From the NCBI GenBank assembly GCA_977020255.1, contig CDROCS010004649.1, forward strand, positions 1 through 64,000: DNA of 64,000 nt. The letters are read 5' to 3'. The notes below the pieces were generated by a model that was not told the origin of the DNA, did no database searches, and was given only the letters and a program-made list of their open reading frames with translations. This DNA comes from Obrimoposthia wandeli (lineage: Eukaryota). Positions 9,199 through 20,041 of the stretch are shown piece by piece; positions within the stretch are counted from its first letter, which is position 1; every line of letters starts with the position of its first letter. A program made the translations under genes and the position numbers.

Positions 9199-9630
9199 CT
9201 ACCTACCATAAACGCTGAACTTTTCTCGCAGTTGATCAGGCCAAGCGATAGAGCGAGGTTTATCACCCGATAAACTAACAAAAACCAAAGTAATATGGGC
9301 AGTTAATCGCCGCTCGCCCCCACAATCGACTTCAATACACAGACCTAAACTTTTCTCACCGATATGCTTAACCTGCAAAGTAAAACATAACCTATCTTCT
9401 AAAAAGCTGGGGGATGTAAAACTCGTCTCTATTGAAACAGTTGGCACGCCTACCTTTTCTTTTACATGCATATTCGCAAAAGAGTAGTGTAGCTCATCAC
9501 TAAACCACTGCTCAACTGTAGCATTTATCATTTCAAAATAGCGTGGATAAAACACGATCCCCGCCGGGTCACAGTGTTGAAATAATACCTTTTGCTCTAA
9601 TTTATATACCATTATCTCACACCTTAGCAT
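9199..9630 (-). CDS. Acyl-CoA thioesterase (4-hydroxybenzoyl-CoA thioesterase/hotdog family)
   Basis: FQHCDPAGIVFYPRYFEM motif; start may be the ATG at 9612. Confidence 0.9.
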   Translation of the reverse strand: MLRCEIMVYKLEQKVLFQHCDPAGIVFYPRYFEMINATVEQWFSDELHYSFANMHVKEKVGVPTVSIETSFTSPSFLEDRLCFTLQVKHIGEKSLGLCIEVDCGGERRLTAHITLVFVSLSGDKPRSIAWPDQLREKFSVYGR

Positions 9631-9757
9631 TTATCCGGGAATCGGTAGTTGGACATCATTCTAGGCATAGAAAAACCGCATTGTAACAGGCTTGATTTGC
9701 AGTAAATGGTTACTCCCTTTACCAAAATCATAACGAAGTGACAGTGCAATTTAATCA

Positions 9758-10465
9758 CTACACACCTAAATATTGCTTTTGTATTTCTTCATTCATTAAA
9801 TCCGGTGCGCCATTAAAAACGGTTTTGCCTTTCTCTAAAATAAAACATTGATCAGCGATAGGTAATAATTCTTTGAGGGTCTTATCAACAATCAAAATAG
9901 ATTGCCCTTGTGCTTTTAAGCGCTTTACAGCGCCCCAAATTTCTTGGCGAATCACTGGTGCTAGCCCTTCTGTTGCCTCATCTAATATGAGTAATTTTGG
10001 ATTTGTCATCAACGCACGCCCTATTGCCAGCATTTGTTGCTCCCCACCTGATAAGGTTTGAGCACTTTGCTCTATCCGTTCACCCAATCGTGGAAAAAGC
10101 GTAACAACGGCCGCTAAATCCCATTGTTTTTGCTCATGCTTATGCATTCTTGCTGCTACTAATAAGTTCTCGCTGACGTTCAAATTATTAAAACATCGCC
10201 TTCCCTCGGGGACTAAACCTACCCCTAAAAGTGCAATTTTATGAGAGGCAAGTGAGCTAATATCAACTTGATTAAACAACATACTCCCTGCACGTATTTT
10301 TGACATGCCACATATTGATCGAATAGTCGTGGTTTTACCCATACCATTGCGCCCCATCAGTGCAACCACTTGCCCTTGCTCAATACTCAAATCAACGCCA
10401 AACAACGCTTGGGATTGCCCATAAAAAGTGTTGATTGATTGGATATCCAATAACTGATTACTCAT
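9758..10465 (-). CDS. HAAT-family ABC transporter ATP-binding subunit (LivF-like)
   Basis: GRNGMGKT, LSGGEQQML, LDEATEGL. Confidence 0.92.
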   Translation of the reverse strand: MSNQLLDIQSINTFYGQSQALFGVDLSIEQGQVVALMGRNGMGKTTTIRSICGMSKIRAGSMLFNQVDISSLASHKIALLGVGLVPEGRRCFNNLNVSENLLVAARMHKHEQKQWDLAAVVTLFPRLGERIEQSAQTLSGGEQQMLAIGRALMTNPKLLILDEATEGLAPVIRQEIWGAVKRLKAQGQSILIVDKTLKELLPIADQCFILEKGKTVFNGAPDLMNEEIQKQYLGV

Positions 10466-11212
10466 TTACGCCTCCCCTAAATACGCTTCACGCACCAGTG
10501 CATTGTCTCGTATTTCATCGACACTGCCAGTCATAATCACTTTGCCATAAACCAACACTGAGATCCTATCTGCCAAACTAAACACTGCATCCATGTCGTG
10601 CTCTACCATCAAAATTGGTGCCTGATTACGCAGCTCATCTAAAAATGTAGTTAATTTTTTAGAGCCTTCAGATCCCATCCCAGCCATCGGTTCATCTAAT
10701 AAAAACGCTTTGGGTTGCAATGCCAGCACTACTGCTATTTCAAGCTGTCGCCGCTCACCATGTGATAACTGCGCCGCACATATATTTGCTCTTTTTTGTA
10801 GCCCCACTTGTGTTAGCGCATGCAGTGCACTGTCTCTAAGTTGGGTATCTTTTGCTATAGATTTAAAAAATTGATAGCTTGATCCCTGTACCGATTGCAC
10901 CGCCAACATGACATTTCTAAGCGCAGAATATTCCATAATTAAGGATGACACTTGAAATGTACGACCCAAGCCTAGATTTGCTCTTGCGGCAACATCTAGA
11001 TGCGTAATATCTTCACCTAAAAAAGTAATACTGCCTTGGTCAGGTTGAAGTTCGCCACAAATTTGTTTTATTAGGGTTGATTTGCCCGCGCCATTTGGTC
11101 CAATCAATGCATGTATTTCACCTTTCTTTAAATCTAGACTCAAATCGTCCGTTGCTTTTAATTCGCCAAATTTTTTAATCAGATTTTTTACATCCAACAC
11201 ACAATCAGTCAT
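10466..11212 (-). CDS. HAAT-family ABC transporter ATP-binding subunit (LivG-like)
   Basis: GPNGAGKS, LSHGERR, LDEPMAG, EHDM. Confidence 0.92.
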   Translation of the reverse strand: MTDCVLDVKNLIKKFGELKATDDLSLDLKKGEIHALIGPNGAGKSTLIKQICGELQPDQGSITFLGEDITHLDVAARANLGLGRTFQVSSLIMEYSALRNVMLAVQSVQGSSYQFFKSIAKDTQLRDSALHALTQVGLQKRANICAAQLSHGERRQLEIAVVLALQPKAFLLDEPMAGMGSEGSKKLTTFLDELRNQAPILMVEHDMDAVFSLADRISVLVYGKVIMTGSVDEIRDNALVREAYLGEA

Positions 11213-12218
11213 GTTTGATTTCTCCGCACATTAGACCGACAATTCCACCACGGGCAAACAGTACAATACTCAACAAAGCTACCCCTAGAAAAAGTTGCCA
11301 ATGCTCAGTAACACCGCCTAGATAATATTCAAAGGCAATAAACAACATCGCTCCGATTACCGGTCCAAATAAACGCCCAACACCGCCTAATATGACAAAT
11401 ATCATAATTTCTCCAGAGGTATGCCAAGACAACATATCAGGGCTGACGAATCGATTTAAATCGGCAAATAATGCACCCGCAAGCGCGGTAATCATTGCTG
11501 AGATAACGAAAGCGGTAAGCTGTATACCAAAGGGCTTTATTCCAACAGCAGCTAAGCGTTGCTCATTTTGCCGCGCCGCTTGTAAAGCTGCACCGAAATG
11601 CGAGTTTCTTAACGTGGATACTAAAAAAAGTGCAGCTATTAACAAAGCAGAACAAATAACATAAAACACGATAGGCTCTTGGGTGTTTAATCCAGCGAAC
11701 TCATTTCTAACATATATTGAAAGCCCATCTTCACCGCCATAAGCAGGCCAGGCAATCGCGAAATAATAAATCATTTGTGCAAAGGCCAGTGTAATCATAA
11801 TGAAATACACCCCTTTTGTTCGCAAACTAAAATAACCAATCGCTATTGCTGCAACCGCACTAAATATTAGCGAAAACAGCCATATAACCGGCATACTGGT
11901 ACTACCAATAATATCAACACCCAACAGGCTAAACATTAATTCATCATTGAGCGAGTGAGAGGCGAGTATGCCAGCAGTGTAACCGCCAATACCAAAGAAC
12001 GCGGCATGGCCAAACGAAACCAATCCACCTAAACCTAGTGCTAAATTTAACCCTACGCCAGCTAGTGAAAGAATCACTACTTTGGTAATTAAAGTAATAT
12101 AAAACGGCTCATCTATTATCAGAGCAATAACAGGGAGCGCGATAAAAAGAGCCGCTAAAAAGCTATTAAAACACTGCTCTTTACTCCAATTATTAGAACC
12201 TATATTCAGTGTTTTCAT
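11205..12218 (-). CDS. HAAT-family ABC permease (LivM-like)
   Basis: GLVSFGHAAFFGIGGY, YFIMITLAF, VILGGVG. Confidence 0.9.
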   Translation of the reverse strand: MKTLNIGSNNWSKEQCFNSFLAALFIALPVIALIIDEPFYITLITKVVILSLAGVGLNLALGLGGLVSFGHAAFFGIGGYTAGILASHSLNDELMFSLLGVDIIGSTSMPVIWLFSLIFSAVAAIAIGYFSLRTKGVYFIMITLAFAQMIYYFAIAWPAYGGEDGLSIYVRNEFAGLNTQEPIVFYVICSALLIAALFLVSTLRNSHFGAALQAARQNEQRLAAVGIKPFGIQLTAFVISAMITALAGALFADLNRFVSPDMLSWHTSGEIMIFVILGGVGRLFGPVIGAMLFIAFEYYLGGVTEHWQLFLGVALLSIVLFARGGIVGLMCGEIKHD

Positions 12219-13142
12219 TTAGACACCCGCCCCTTTTACCAATCCTTTAGGTTTAACCACCAGCACCACAGCCATTAATATATAAATAGCGACAGATGAC
12301 AGCGCACCGCCTAGGCTTGCTGCAACATCTGGCGAAAATACAGCAGCCAAAGCTAAGGGAAGTAAGAAGCGTCCCATAGTATCTACTAAGCCCACCAATA
12401 TCGCACCTATAAAAGCCCCTTTAATAGAGCCGATACCGCCAATCACAATCACTACAAAAGCCAATATTAATACAGAGTCACCCATACCTACTTCAACAGA
12501 TTGCACCGCGCCTAATAAGGCACCTGATAAACCTGCCAATGCAGCACCAAGGGCAAACACTAATGTATATAAGGTGCGTATATCTACGCCCAGTGCTGCT
12601 ATCATTTCTCTATCGGATTCTCCCGCTCTAATTTGCATACCCAATCGCGTTTTTGAAATCAGTAGATATAGCCCTATCGCCACCAGCACACCGACAAAGA
12701 TAATAAACAAACGATAACTTGAATAATCCAACATCCCAAAAAGATTAACCGGGCGAGACAGCATTTCAGGCACATCAAGATACAAAGGGAATGAGCCGAA
12801 TAACCAACGAGTCCCCTCTGAAAAAATAAGGATTAATGCATAGGTCGCCAATACTTGGTCTAAGTGATCGCGCTGGTAGAGTTTTCTAATCACACCCACT
12901 TCGATGAGCGCGCCCGCCATAGCAGCTGCGATTAAACTTGCCAGTAAACCTAACCAAAAAGACCCTGTTAGCCCCGCAACTAAGGCACATGCAAACGCGC
13001 CTGCCATATAGAGCACACCATGGGCTAAGTTAATTAAGCCCATCACTCCAAACACTAACGTTAAACCAGCTGACATTAAAAATAACATCATACCGAATTG
13101 CAGCCCATTGAGAAGCTGCTCAATTATTAAAGTAATTGACAT
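12219..13142 (-). CDS. HAAT-family ABC permease (LivH-like)
   Basis: GLTLVFGVMGLINLAHG, VVIVIGGIGS. Confidence 0.9.
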   Translation of the reverse strand: MSITLIIEQLLNGLQFGMMLFLMSAGLTLVFGVMGLINLAHGVLYMAGAFACALVAGLTGSFWLGLLASLIAAAMAGALIEVGVIRKLYQRDHLDQVLATYALILIFSEGTRWLFGSFPLYLDVPEMLSRPVNLFGMLDYSSYRLFIIFVGVLVAIGLYLLISKTRLGMQIRAGESDREMIAALGVDIRTLYTLVFALGAALAGLSGALLGAVQSVEVGMGDSVLILAFVVIVIGGIGSIKGAFIGAILVGLVDTMGRFLLPLALAAVFSPDVAASLGGALSSVAIYILMAVVLVVKPKGLVKGAGV

Positions 13143-13439
13143 ACTTATCCTACAAAATTGAGTTTTCTTGATTCAGTTTATTTGCGTGTATACGATCAGA
13201 TATAATCGCATTTGATGTAGAGAATTATTGAGGTAGATAAAAAACAAACAGCCGATATAGATTCTAGACCAAGCCCTATGGCATGACGAAACTTCACTTA
13301 GTGAAGCGAGAAATTTATCCTTGATTGTATCTAGAGACCTTTGAATGCTGCTGAGCGAGTAACACCTAACAAAGGTCTCTTTAAGGATGGTTATTTCCCT
13401 ATATCAATCTAATTTGCGCTGAATGCATCTCAATTGAAA

Positions 13440-14570
13440 TTATAGAGAACAGTTAGCACCATATACATCACTGTGATTTTCTAGCGCCTTAGCAATGATT
13501 TTATTGGTTAGTACACCATTTTCTTCTATGACTTCACGTACATAAATATCTTGTATCGGGTGTTGGTTAGAGGCGAATTTAAACTGACCGCGCACGGATG
13601 AAAAATTAGCACTGAGTAGCGCCGACCTAAATGCATCTGTATCTTTTACATCTGCTTTTTGCATCGCTGATAAAATCAAATTAGCTGTATCAAACCCTTG
13701 GCTGGCATACAGTGAGGGTAAACGTTTGTATTCAGACTCAAAACTGGTGACGAATGCTTTATTGGTAGGATTATCTATATCTTTGTTCCACTGCGAGGAG
13801 TTCTTTACCCCCAGTGCAGATTTACCCACCGCTTTTAAGATACCTTGATCAAAAGAAAAGGCCGGTCCCATAATAGGTAAATCAACCCCAGATTGGGCGT
13901 ACTGTTTCATGAATGAAATACCCATGCCACCGGGTAAGAAGAAATAAATACTATCGGCACCTGATGCCCGTATTTGCGCTATTTCAGCAGCATAATCTTT
14001 TTGCCCTAGCTTGGTATAAGTTTCTCCGGCTAAATCTCCTTTAAATAGTCGTTTAAAGCCAACTAATGCATCTTTACCTGCAGGATAATTTGGCGCGAGA
14101 ATATAAGGCTTTTTATACTCACTTTTAGCGGCATAAGAACCCATCGCTTCGTGTAGGTTATCATTTTGCCATGCAACGTTAAAATAATTTTTGTGACAGC
14201 GCTTACCTGCTAAAGCAGATGGGCCGGCATTAGGTGACAGGTAAAATTTACCTTGGTTGACAGCACTCGGTACGACAGCCATTGCCAAGTTAGACCAAAC
14301 GATACCGGTTAAAATATCCACCTTTTCGCGCTGGATCATTTTATCCGCTAACTGTACTGCCAAAGGCGGTTTGCGGGCATCATCTTCAATAACCACTGAC
14401 AAATCTGCATTGTTAGCCTGCTTAACTGCCAACATAAACCCATCACGTATATCAATACCTAAACTAGCACCGCCACCTGTTAATGTAGTGATCATTCCGA
14501 CTTTTAAAGGTGCTGCGCTTAACGAGGTAATACTTAATCCTAACGCTAATGCTGTAACTATTTTTTTCAT
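13440..14570 (-). CDS. HAAT-family ABC substrate-binding protein (probably aromatic acids)
   Basis: Signal peptide, KVGMITTL, EDDARKP, NYPAGKD, FYFFLPGGMG-type motifs. Confidence 0.88.
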   Translation of the reverse strand: MKKIVTALALGLSITSLSAAPLKVGMITTLTGGGASLGIDIRDGFMLAVKQANNADLSVVIEDDARKPPLAVQLADKMIQREKVDILTGIVWSNLAMAVVPSAVNQGKFYLSPNAGPSALAGKRCHKNYFNVAWQNDNLHEAMGSYAAKSEYKKPYILAPNYPAGKDALVGFKRLFKGDLAGETYTKLGQKDYAAEIAQIRASGADSIYFFLPGGMGISFMKQYAQSGVDLPIMGPAFSFDQGILKAVGKSALGVKNSSQWNKDIDNPTNKAFVTSFESEYKRLPSLYASQGFDTANLILSAMQKADVKDTDAFRSALLSANFSSVRGQFKFASNQHPIQDIYVREVIEENGVLTNKIIAKALENHSDVYGANCSL

Positions 14571-14755
14571 TGCTGTTTTCCATTAAGTTATTTTTATTTT
14601 TCCAAAAGCAAGTCCGACAGATTATTCTTTTAAAACTACCATCAATATGTGAGATCACACCCAATACTGATGTTAGCTAGCACTCCAGATCCAGGTATTG
14701 AACGTAATTAAAAATCACTCTTCACATACCTCTCACTGGCTTCACACTTGCCACT

Positions 14756-15592
14756 CTACATTTTTGTTCGTACTGTCCAAAGCTCAGGAAACAACACGGT
14801 ATCTAGCATACGCCTTAAATAGGATACGCCACCGGTTCCTCCCGTTCCTCTCTTTAGGCCGATAATTCGCTCAACAGTTGTAACATGATTAAAGCGCCAA
14901 CGTCTGAAATAGTCTTCAAAATCGACCAGTTTTTCAGCAAGTTCGTACAATAGCCAATGCTCCTCAGGATTCTCGTAAACACTTTGCCAAGCACTTTCAA
15001 CCACTTCACTTGCCTGATGGTTATCCCTCCAGTTTCTATTATCTAACTCACCTTTTAAATCAAACCCTTGGCGCTGCATAAAAAGTAGAGTTTCATCATA
15101 TAAACTCGGTGCTGCCAAAATATCTTCCAACTGTTTGGTTACATCTGGGTCGTGATCATGCGGCTTAAGCATGCTTAAATTTCTGTTACCTACCACATAC
15201 TCTACAATTCTGTATTGATAAGACTGGAATCCAGAAGATTGACCTAAGCTATCTCTAAACGTTGTATATTCACTTGGGGTCATGGTTCTCAATACATCCC
15301 ATGCACTATTCAATTGTTCAAAAATTCTAGACACACGTGAGAGGTGCTTAAAGGCAGGTCGTAAATTATCAGCTTTAATTTGCTCTAAGGTCGCTTTCAT
15401 TTCGAGGATTGCTAATTTGAGCCACAGCTCAGACGTTTGATGCTGAACGATGAAAAGCATTTCATCATGTGCTGTAGATAACGGCGTTTGGCTATTTAAA
15501 ATACTATCTAGTTGCAGGTAGTCTGCATATGACATTTTGTCATTGAAATCCATTTGCGCGCCGTCAGACGCGGGATTATAAGGGCAACTCAT
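14756..15592 (-). CDS. kynA: Tryptophan 2,3-dioxygenase
   Basis: [33 protein letters not shown] loop, LFPELW. Confidence 0.95.
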   Translation of the reverse strand: MSCPYNPASDGAQMDFNDKMSYADYLQLDSILNSQTPLSTAHDEMLFIVQHQTSELWLKLAILEMKATLEQIKADNLRPAFKHLSRVSRIFEQLNSAWDVLRTMTPSEYTTFRDSLGQSSGFQSYQYRIVEYVVGNRNLSMLKPHDHDPDVTKQLEDILAAPSLYDETLLFMQRQGFDLKGELDNRNWRDNHQASEVVESAWQSVYENPEEHWLLYELAEKLVDFEDYFRRWRFNHVTTVERIIGLKRGTGGTGGVSYLRRMLDTVLFPELWTVRTKM

Positions 15593-15784
15593 TGGAAAAT
15601 TCCTTGATCAAATTAACTGACAGAGGCTTTTACCTTAATACGATGTTCTCTAATCTAGGTAAAGCCTTCTGGCTATTCACTCAATACTGCCAACAATCAA
15701 AAACAATTTCAACCTTAAAAGTTTAAACTTAAAATATATTTTCAAATTAATCTTTCTGATTGAAAGAAATTTTTTACTCAAGGC

Positions 15785-16546
15785 TTATTTTTTAACCCAA
15801 TAACCGTAGTCATAACAATGTCGATAACCTAATTTTTCGTAAGTACTTATCGCAATGACATTACTACCTAACACTTGCAGATAACTATAGGTTGCTCCAA
15901 GTGATATAGCCCATGCCACTAGCTTGTTTAGTAGTAGGCCTGCATAACCTTTTCCTCGCGCCTTACTTTTCGTATAGACATCGAACACACCCAACTTACC
16001 ATCATGTACAACACCGAGCGCACAAGCGACTACCTCACCATTTACACACAGTACTAACGGGCGGGTTTCATCTTTAATTCGCATGAGTATTTCTAGATGA
16101 GCAGTTTGTTGGGTTGCTTGCTGATTATTCAATACGCAAAAATCTTCGAACCAATGCCCTATCGCTTTCGTCTTTAGTTCTACCTCGTCAGCTAACGTTA
16201 TTTGTACACCTTGGGGAGACAAAGCTTTACCCAACACTAACGATTTACTGTTAAAAGAGTATTGCTTATTGATCAGACAATTTTCTAATGCAGGCACAGG
16301 ACAAAATGATAACGTTCTAATAACAGTCGCTAGATTTTTAGTATGAAATATTTTCTCAACTTTGCGTATAGCAGCTGGGTAGTCATCAAAGGCGTTTTCT
16401 AAAACATTGGCACAGTTGGCTCTTTTGGTATAGCCATTTGAAAGCCGATACACAATACCTTGTTCTTCAAACTGCTCATACGATGGCCAAGCTTTAAAGG
16501 CTGCGTGCTCTAGTGATTTGTATAACATTCTCTTTGAGGGGGCCAT
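15785..16546 (-). CDS. GNAT family N-acetyltransferase
   Basis: GYTKRANC N-terminal motif, ARGKGYA acetyl-CoA loop, YLQV..N..A...Y.KLGY. Confidence 0.85.
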   Translation of the reverse strand: MAPSKRMLYKSLEHAAFKAWPSYEQFEEQGIVYRLSNGYTKRANCANVLENAFDDYPAAIRKVEKIFHTKNLATVIRTLSFCPVPALENCLINKQYSFNSKSLVLGKALSPQGVQITLADEVELKTKAIGHWFEDFCVLNNQQATQQTAHLEILMRIKDETRPLVLCVNGEVVACALGVVHDGKLGVFDVYTKSKARGKGYAGLLLNKLVAWAISLGATYSYLQVLGSNVIAISTYEKLGYRHCYDYGYWVKK

Positions 16547-16611
16547 AAACGTCCTAATAATCGTTGTACTAGCTTATTTATCCATACTGAAGTAGATGAA
16601 CAGCTAAGGTG

Positions 16612-16803
16612 CTATTTTTTTTCATCCTCATAACGCTGCTCTACTTCTCGAAGAACAGCTCGTTTCTCTGTTGGGGTATATACGCCCCATTGGGCAATTT
16701 CCATACCTGATCTTTTACAGGCGATACATAGATCTTGCTCATCAAGACAGCACACACCCATGCATGGGCTTTTTACAAAATCTGTAACGTTCTTATTTTC
16801 CAT
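16612..16803 (-). CDS. DUF1289 family small Cys-rich protein
   Basis: SPCMGVC...C.AC.R...EI.QW pattern. Confidence 0.8.
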   Translation of the reverse strand: MENKNVTDFVKSPCMGVCCLDEQDLCIACKRSGMEIAQWGVYTPTEKRAVLREVEQRYEDEKK

Positions 16804-17179
16804 ACTGACCTTTTTGAAAGTGATGTAGCATATTCACTCTATAGATGAATACAACAAGTGCTATAAAAGTTAAGATAAAACAATAACTTGATTAGCATTT
16901 TTAGCACTCAACTGCTGATTTTAAGTTAAAGCACACTCAGCAAAGCGCTAATACACTAAAACAGATAGCCCTTGAAACCAAGAAAATTTTATCAACACGC
17001 ACGCTTAATTTAGTTTGTGCCTAAAGCGGGATATAATTACACCGCCTATTATTGTAAACTCGCACTTTATTATTAATCTCTATGACTTAAAAACAGATTA
17101 ATTCAGTTTTCTCAAACTATCATGAGACGACTATTATTGGACTACAATTTGTTTTTGACACTGTGTTACAGGAAAATCT

Positions 17180-18073
17180 ATGCCTTGGTTACAAGTAAAA
17201 ATTGACACCACTCCCGCCTTAGCCGAAAGCTTTGAAGATGTCTTATTAGAAGCAGGTGCTTTATCAGTTACTTATCAAGACACCCAAGACCAACCTATTT
17301 ATGAGCCAGAACTAGGCACTACCCCACTTTGGCATAATACAACTATCAGCGGGTTGTTCGATGCACAAGATGACATGCTAGTACTAAAAGAGCATCTACA
17401 ACACGCTTGCAGTGACAACGATATGCAGACCAGCTTAGCTTCTTTAAATATCGAAATTTTAGAAGATAAAGACTGGGAACGAGAGTGGATGAAATCTTAC
17501 AAGCCAATGCAATTTGGTAACAGGCTGTGGGTCTGCCCTAGTTGGTGTGCTGTTCCTGACCCTAGTGCTGTCAATCTTATGCTCGATCCTGGCCTCGCCT
17601 TTGGCACTGGCACCCACCCAACAACAGAGCTATGTTTACGCTGGTTAGATAGTATTGATTTAGAAAATAAAGATATTACTGATTATGGCTGTGGCTCTGG
17701 AATATTAGGCGTTGCGGCTTTATTACTTGGTGCCAAATCTGTGTTAGCCGTTGACATTGATAACCAAGCGCTACAGGCAACACAGACCAATTTACACAGA
17801 AACAAGCTAACCGATGATCGCTTAACTGCCTACCTGCCAGAAAACGCTCCTCTGGTTAAATCAGATATTTTGGTTGCCAATATTTTATCCGGCCCATTGG
17901 TCGAACTCGCACCTGTCATTGCTGAACGTGTGTCTAGCCAAGGCCTGCTTGCGCTATCTGGTTTGTTAGCAGAACAAGAACAAGACATTATTGATGCTTA
18001 CTCTACTTGGTTTACGCTAGATAAAGCACAAGCGCTGGATGGCTGGATACGCGTAACAGGTACAAGAAAGTAA
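17180..18073 (+). CDS. prmA: Ribosomal protein L11 methyltransferase
   Basis: [30 protein letters not shown]; upstream of dusB-fis. Confidence 0.96.
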   Translation: MPWLQVKIDTTPALAESFEDVLLEAGALSVTYQDTQDQPIYEPELGTTPLWHNTTISGLFDAQDDMLVLKEHLQHACSDNDMQTSLASLNIEILEDKDWEREWMKSYKPMQFGNRLWVCPSWCAVPDPSAVNLMLDPGLAFGTGTHPTTELCLRWLDSIDLENKDITDYGCGSGILGVAALLLGAKSVLAVDIDNQALQATQTNLHRNKLTDDRLTAYLPENAPLVKSDILVANILSGPLVELAPVIAERVSSQGLLALSGLLAEQEQDIIDAYSTWFTLDKAQALDGWIRVTGTRK

Positions 18074-18398
18074 ACCTCACTGTTAATAAGCTATGCCTGC
18101 GCACTTTGCTAGCTGATAAATGATTTTTTGCGAAGCTGGGAGCATTTATCAGCTTTATAACATCTTCGCTAGCCGTTTCATTTCGATATATACCCTTGTT
18201 TACGCAACAGAGCCTATTCAAGGGCCTTTCAATGATAAATTTTCTAATAGTCAAGAAAAACAGATCAAAAAACACTCAAAATAATCGTGGTTATGTGCTC
18301 TTAATGTGTGTAAAATCTGCCCCCTTCTCTTTTTAGATAAAAACACCTCGAGCAATATAATGCTCCCAGGTTAGATAACTTTTTTAGATAGGCGTTTC

Positions 18399-19385
18399 AT
18401 GTTTCAAATTGGACCTTACACTATAGCGAGCAAGACCATACTTGCACCTATGGCAGGTATAACAGATCAGCCCTTTAGGCGTCTGTGCAAACAGTTAGGT
18501 GCAGGACTTGTCGTTTCTGAAATGGTGACGAGTGATACCAAGCTCTGGAACTCTAGAAAGTCTAGTTTTCGTCTAACTCACGATACTGAAATTGAGCCAA
18601 GGTCTGTGCAAATTGCCGGCGGTGATGCTCAGATGATGGCGCTAGCTGCTAAAATGAATGTTGAACGCGGTGCACAAATTATTGATATCAATATGGGCTG
18701 CCCTGCAAAGAAAGTTTGTAATAAAGCAGCGGGCTCTGCTCTTTTAAAAGATGAATCGCTGGTTCGATCTATCTTAGAAAGTGTTGTCAATTCAGTAGAT
18801 GTACCTGTGACACTTAAAATTAGAACGGGTTGGGATAAATCAAACATTAACGCAGTTAGCATTGCTAAAATGGCAGAGGATATCGGTATTTCAGCATTGG
18901 CTGTGCATGGGCGTACTAGAGCTTGTGCGTTTAAAGGGGATGTTGAATACCAAACGATAGCTGACATTGCAAAAGTTATCGATATACCACTTTTTGCCAA
19001 CGGCGATATTAATAGCCCAGAAAAAGCAAAAGAAGTATTAGATTTCACCAATGCAACCGCAGTAATGCTTGGTAGAGGGGCGCAAGGACGCCCTTGGATA
19101 TTTAGAGAAATAGATTATTTTCTTGCTAAAGGTGAGCATTTACCGGCCATCAAGCTTGAGGAGATCAAACAGTTTCTAGTAAACCACTTACATGCTCTTC
19201 ATCAGTTTTACGGAGACTATTTAGGGATAAGGATCGCCCGAAAGCATGTGGCTTGGTACTTACAAGCTGTGCAAGACAACAAATTATTTCGCTCTAACTT
19301 CAACAAATTAGACACTAGAGATAAACAATTGGCAGCAATAGAGCAATATTTCTCCACCGCTCATTTAATAACTGCTGTCGCTTAA
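18399..19385 (+). CDS. dusB: tRNA-dihydrouridine synthase B
   Basis: [41 protein letters not shown]. Confidence 0.96.
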   Translation: MFQIGPYTIASKTILAPMAGITDQPFRRLCKQLGAGLVVSEMVTSDTKLWNSRKSSFRLTHDTEIEPRSVQIAGGDAQMMALAAKMNVERGAQIIDINMGCPAKKVCNKAAGSALLKDESLVRSILESVVNSVDVPVTLKIRTGWDKSNINAVSIAKMAEDIGISALAVHGRTRACAFKGDVEYQTIADIAKVIDIPLFANGDINSPEKAKEVLDFTNATAVMLGRGAQGRPWIFREIDYFLAKGEHLPAIKLEEIKQFLVNHLHALHQFYGDYLGIRIARKHVAWYLQAVQDNKLFRSNFNKLDTRDKQLAAIEQYFSTAHLITAVA

Positions 19386-19413
19386 CATTTTTATATTTGG
19401 ATACCTTAGTAAC

Positions 19414-19704
19414 GTGAACACTATAGAAAATCAACAAAGCAATTTCGTCCCTGTATCAAACCCTGTCATTACCCAAGGGCAAACACTAAGAGATAGTGTT
19501 GAAACATCAATGAGTAACTATTTCAGACAGCTAGACGGCCAACCTGTTACAGATGTTTATAAAATGGTGCTTGCAGAAATCGAAGCGCCACTTTTAGAAA
19601 GCGTTATGACTTACACTAAGGATAATCAAACTAAAGCATCTGAGTTGCTTGGGCTGAATCGCGGTACGCTTCGCAAAAAGCTAAAAGAATACGGTTTACT
19701 TTAG
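19414..19704 (+). CDS. fis: Nucleoid-associated protein Fis
   Basis: [25 protein letters not shown]; directly follows dusB. Confidence 0.96.
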   Translation: MNTIENQQSNFVPVSNPVITQGQTLRDSVETSMSNYFRQLDGQPVTDVYKMVLAEIEAPLLESVMTYTKDNQTKASELLGLNRGTLRKKLKEYGLL

Positions 19705-19716
19705 TAAATCATTAAG

Positions 19717-19754
19717 TCTTGCTTTAACCGCGCACAATGGCGGTTAAAGCAAGA
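19717..19754 (+). terminator. 15-bp perfect hairpin after fis
   Basis: tcttgctttaaccgc-gcacaatg-gcggttaaagcaaga. Confidence 0.7.
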
Positions 19755-20041
19755 TTTATACAACGAGACACCAAGGTAAATTAGATAAAAGCGTCATATT
19801 TAACAATACCAACTGTGACTATTTATATACAGCCACTACCTTATATAAAGTCACTGTCATTGTTCGAGAGCTAAATAATGTTGATCATAGATATATTATT
19901 ACTTTTTTATAACCCTCTACAAAGAGAATACGGTTATCTATTTCAGCACTCCCTCTTCTTACCTGTAAAAAAAATAAACACCCAGTTTCAAACCAATCCA
20001 AACCTTCCACTATCCCCTTATCTAGAGATTATGGCATAAAA

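Noticed and set aside
18399-19385. dusB as the integration target of the dusA-type integrase
   Set aside because: dusB is 12 kb away, intact and in its normal prmA-dusB-fis context, with no att-like duplication seen.
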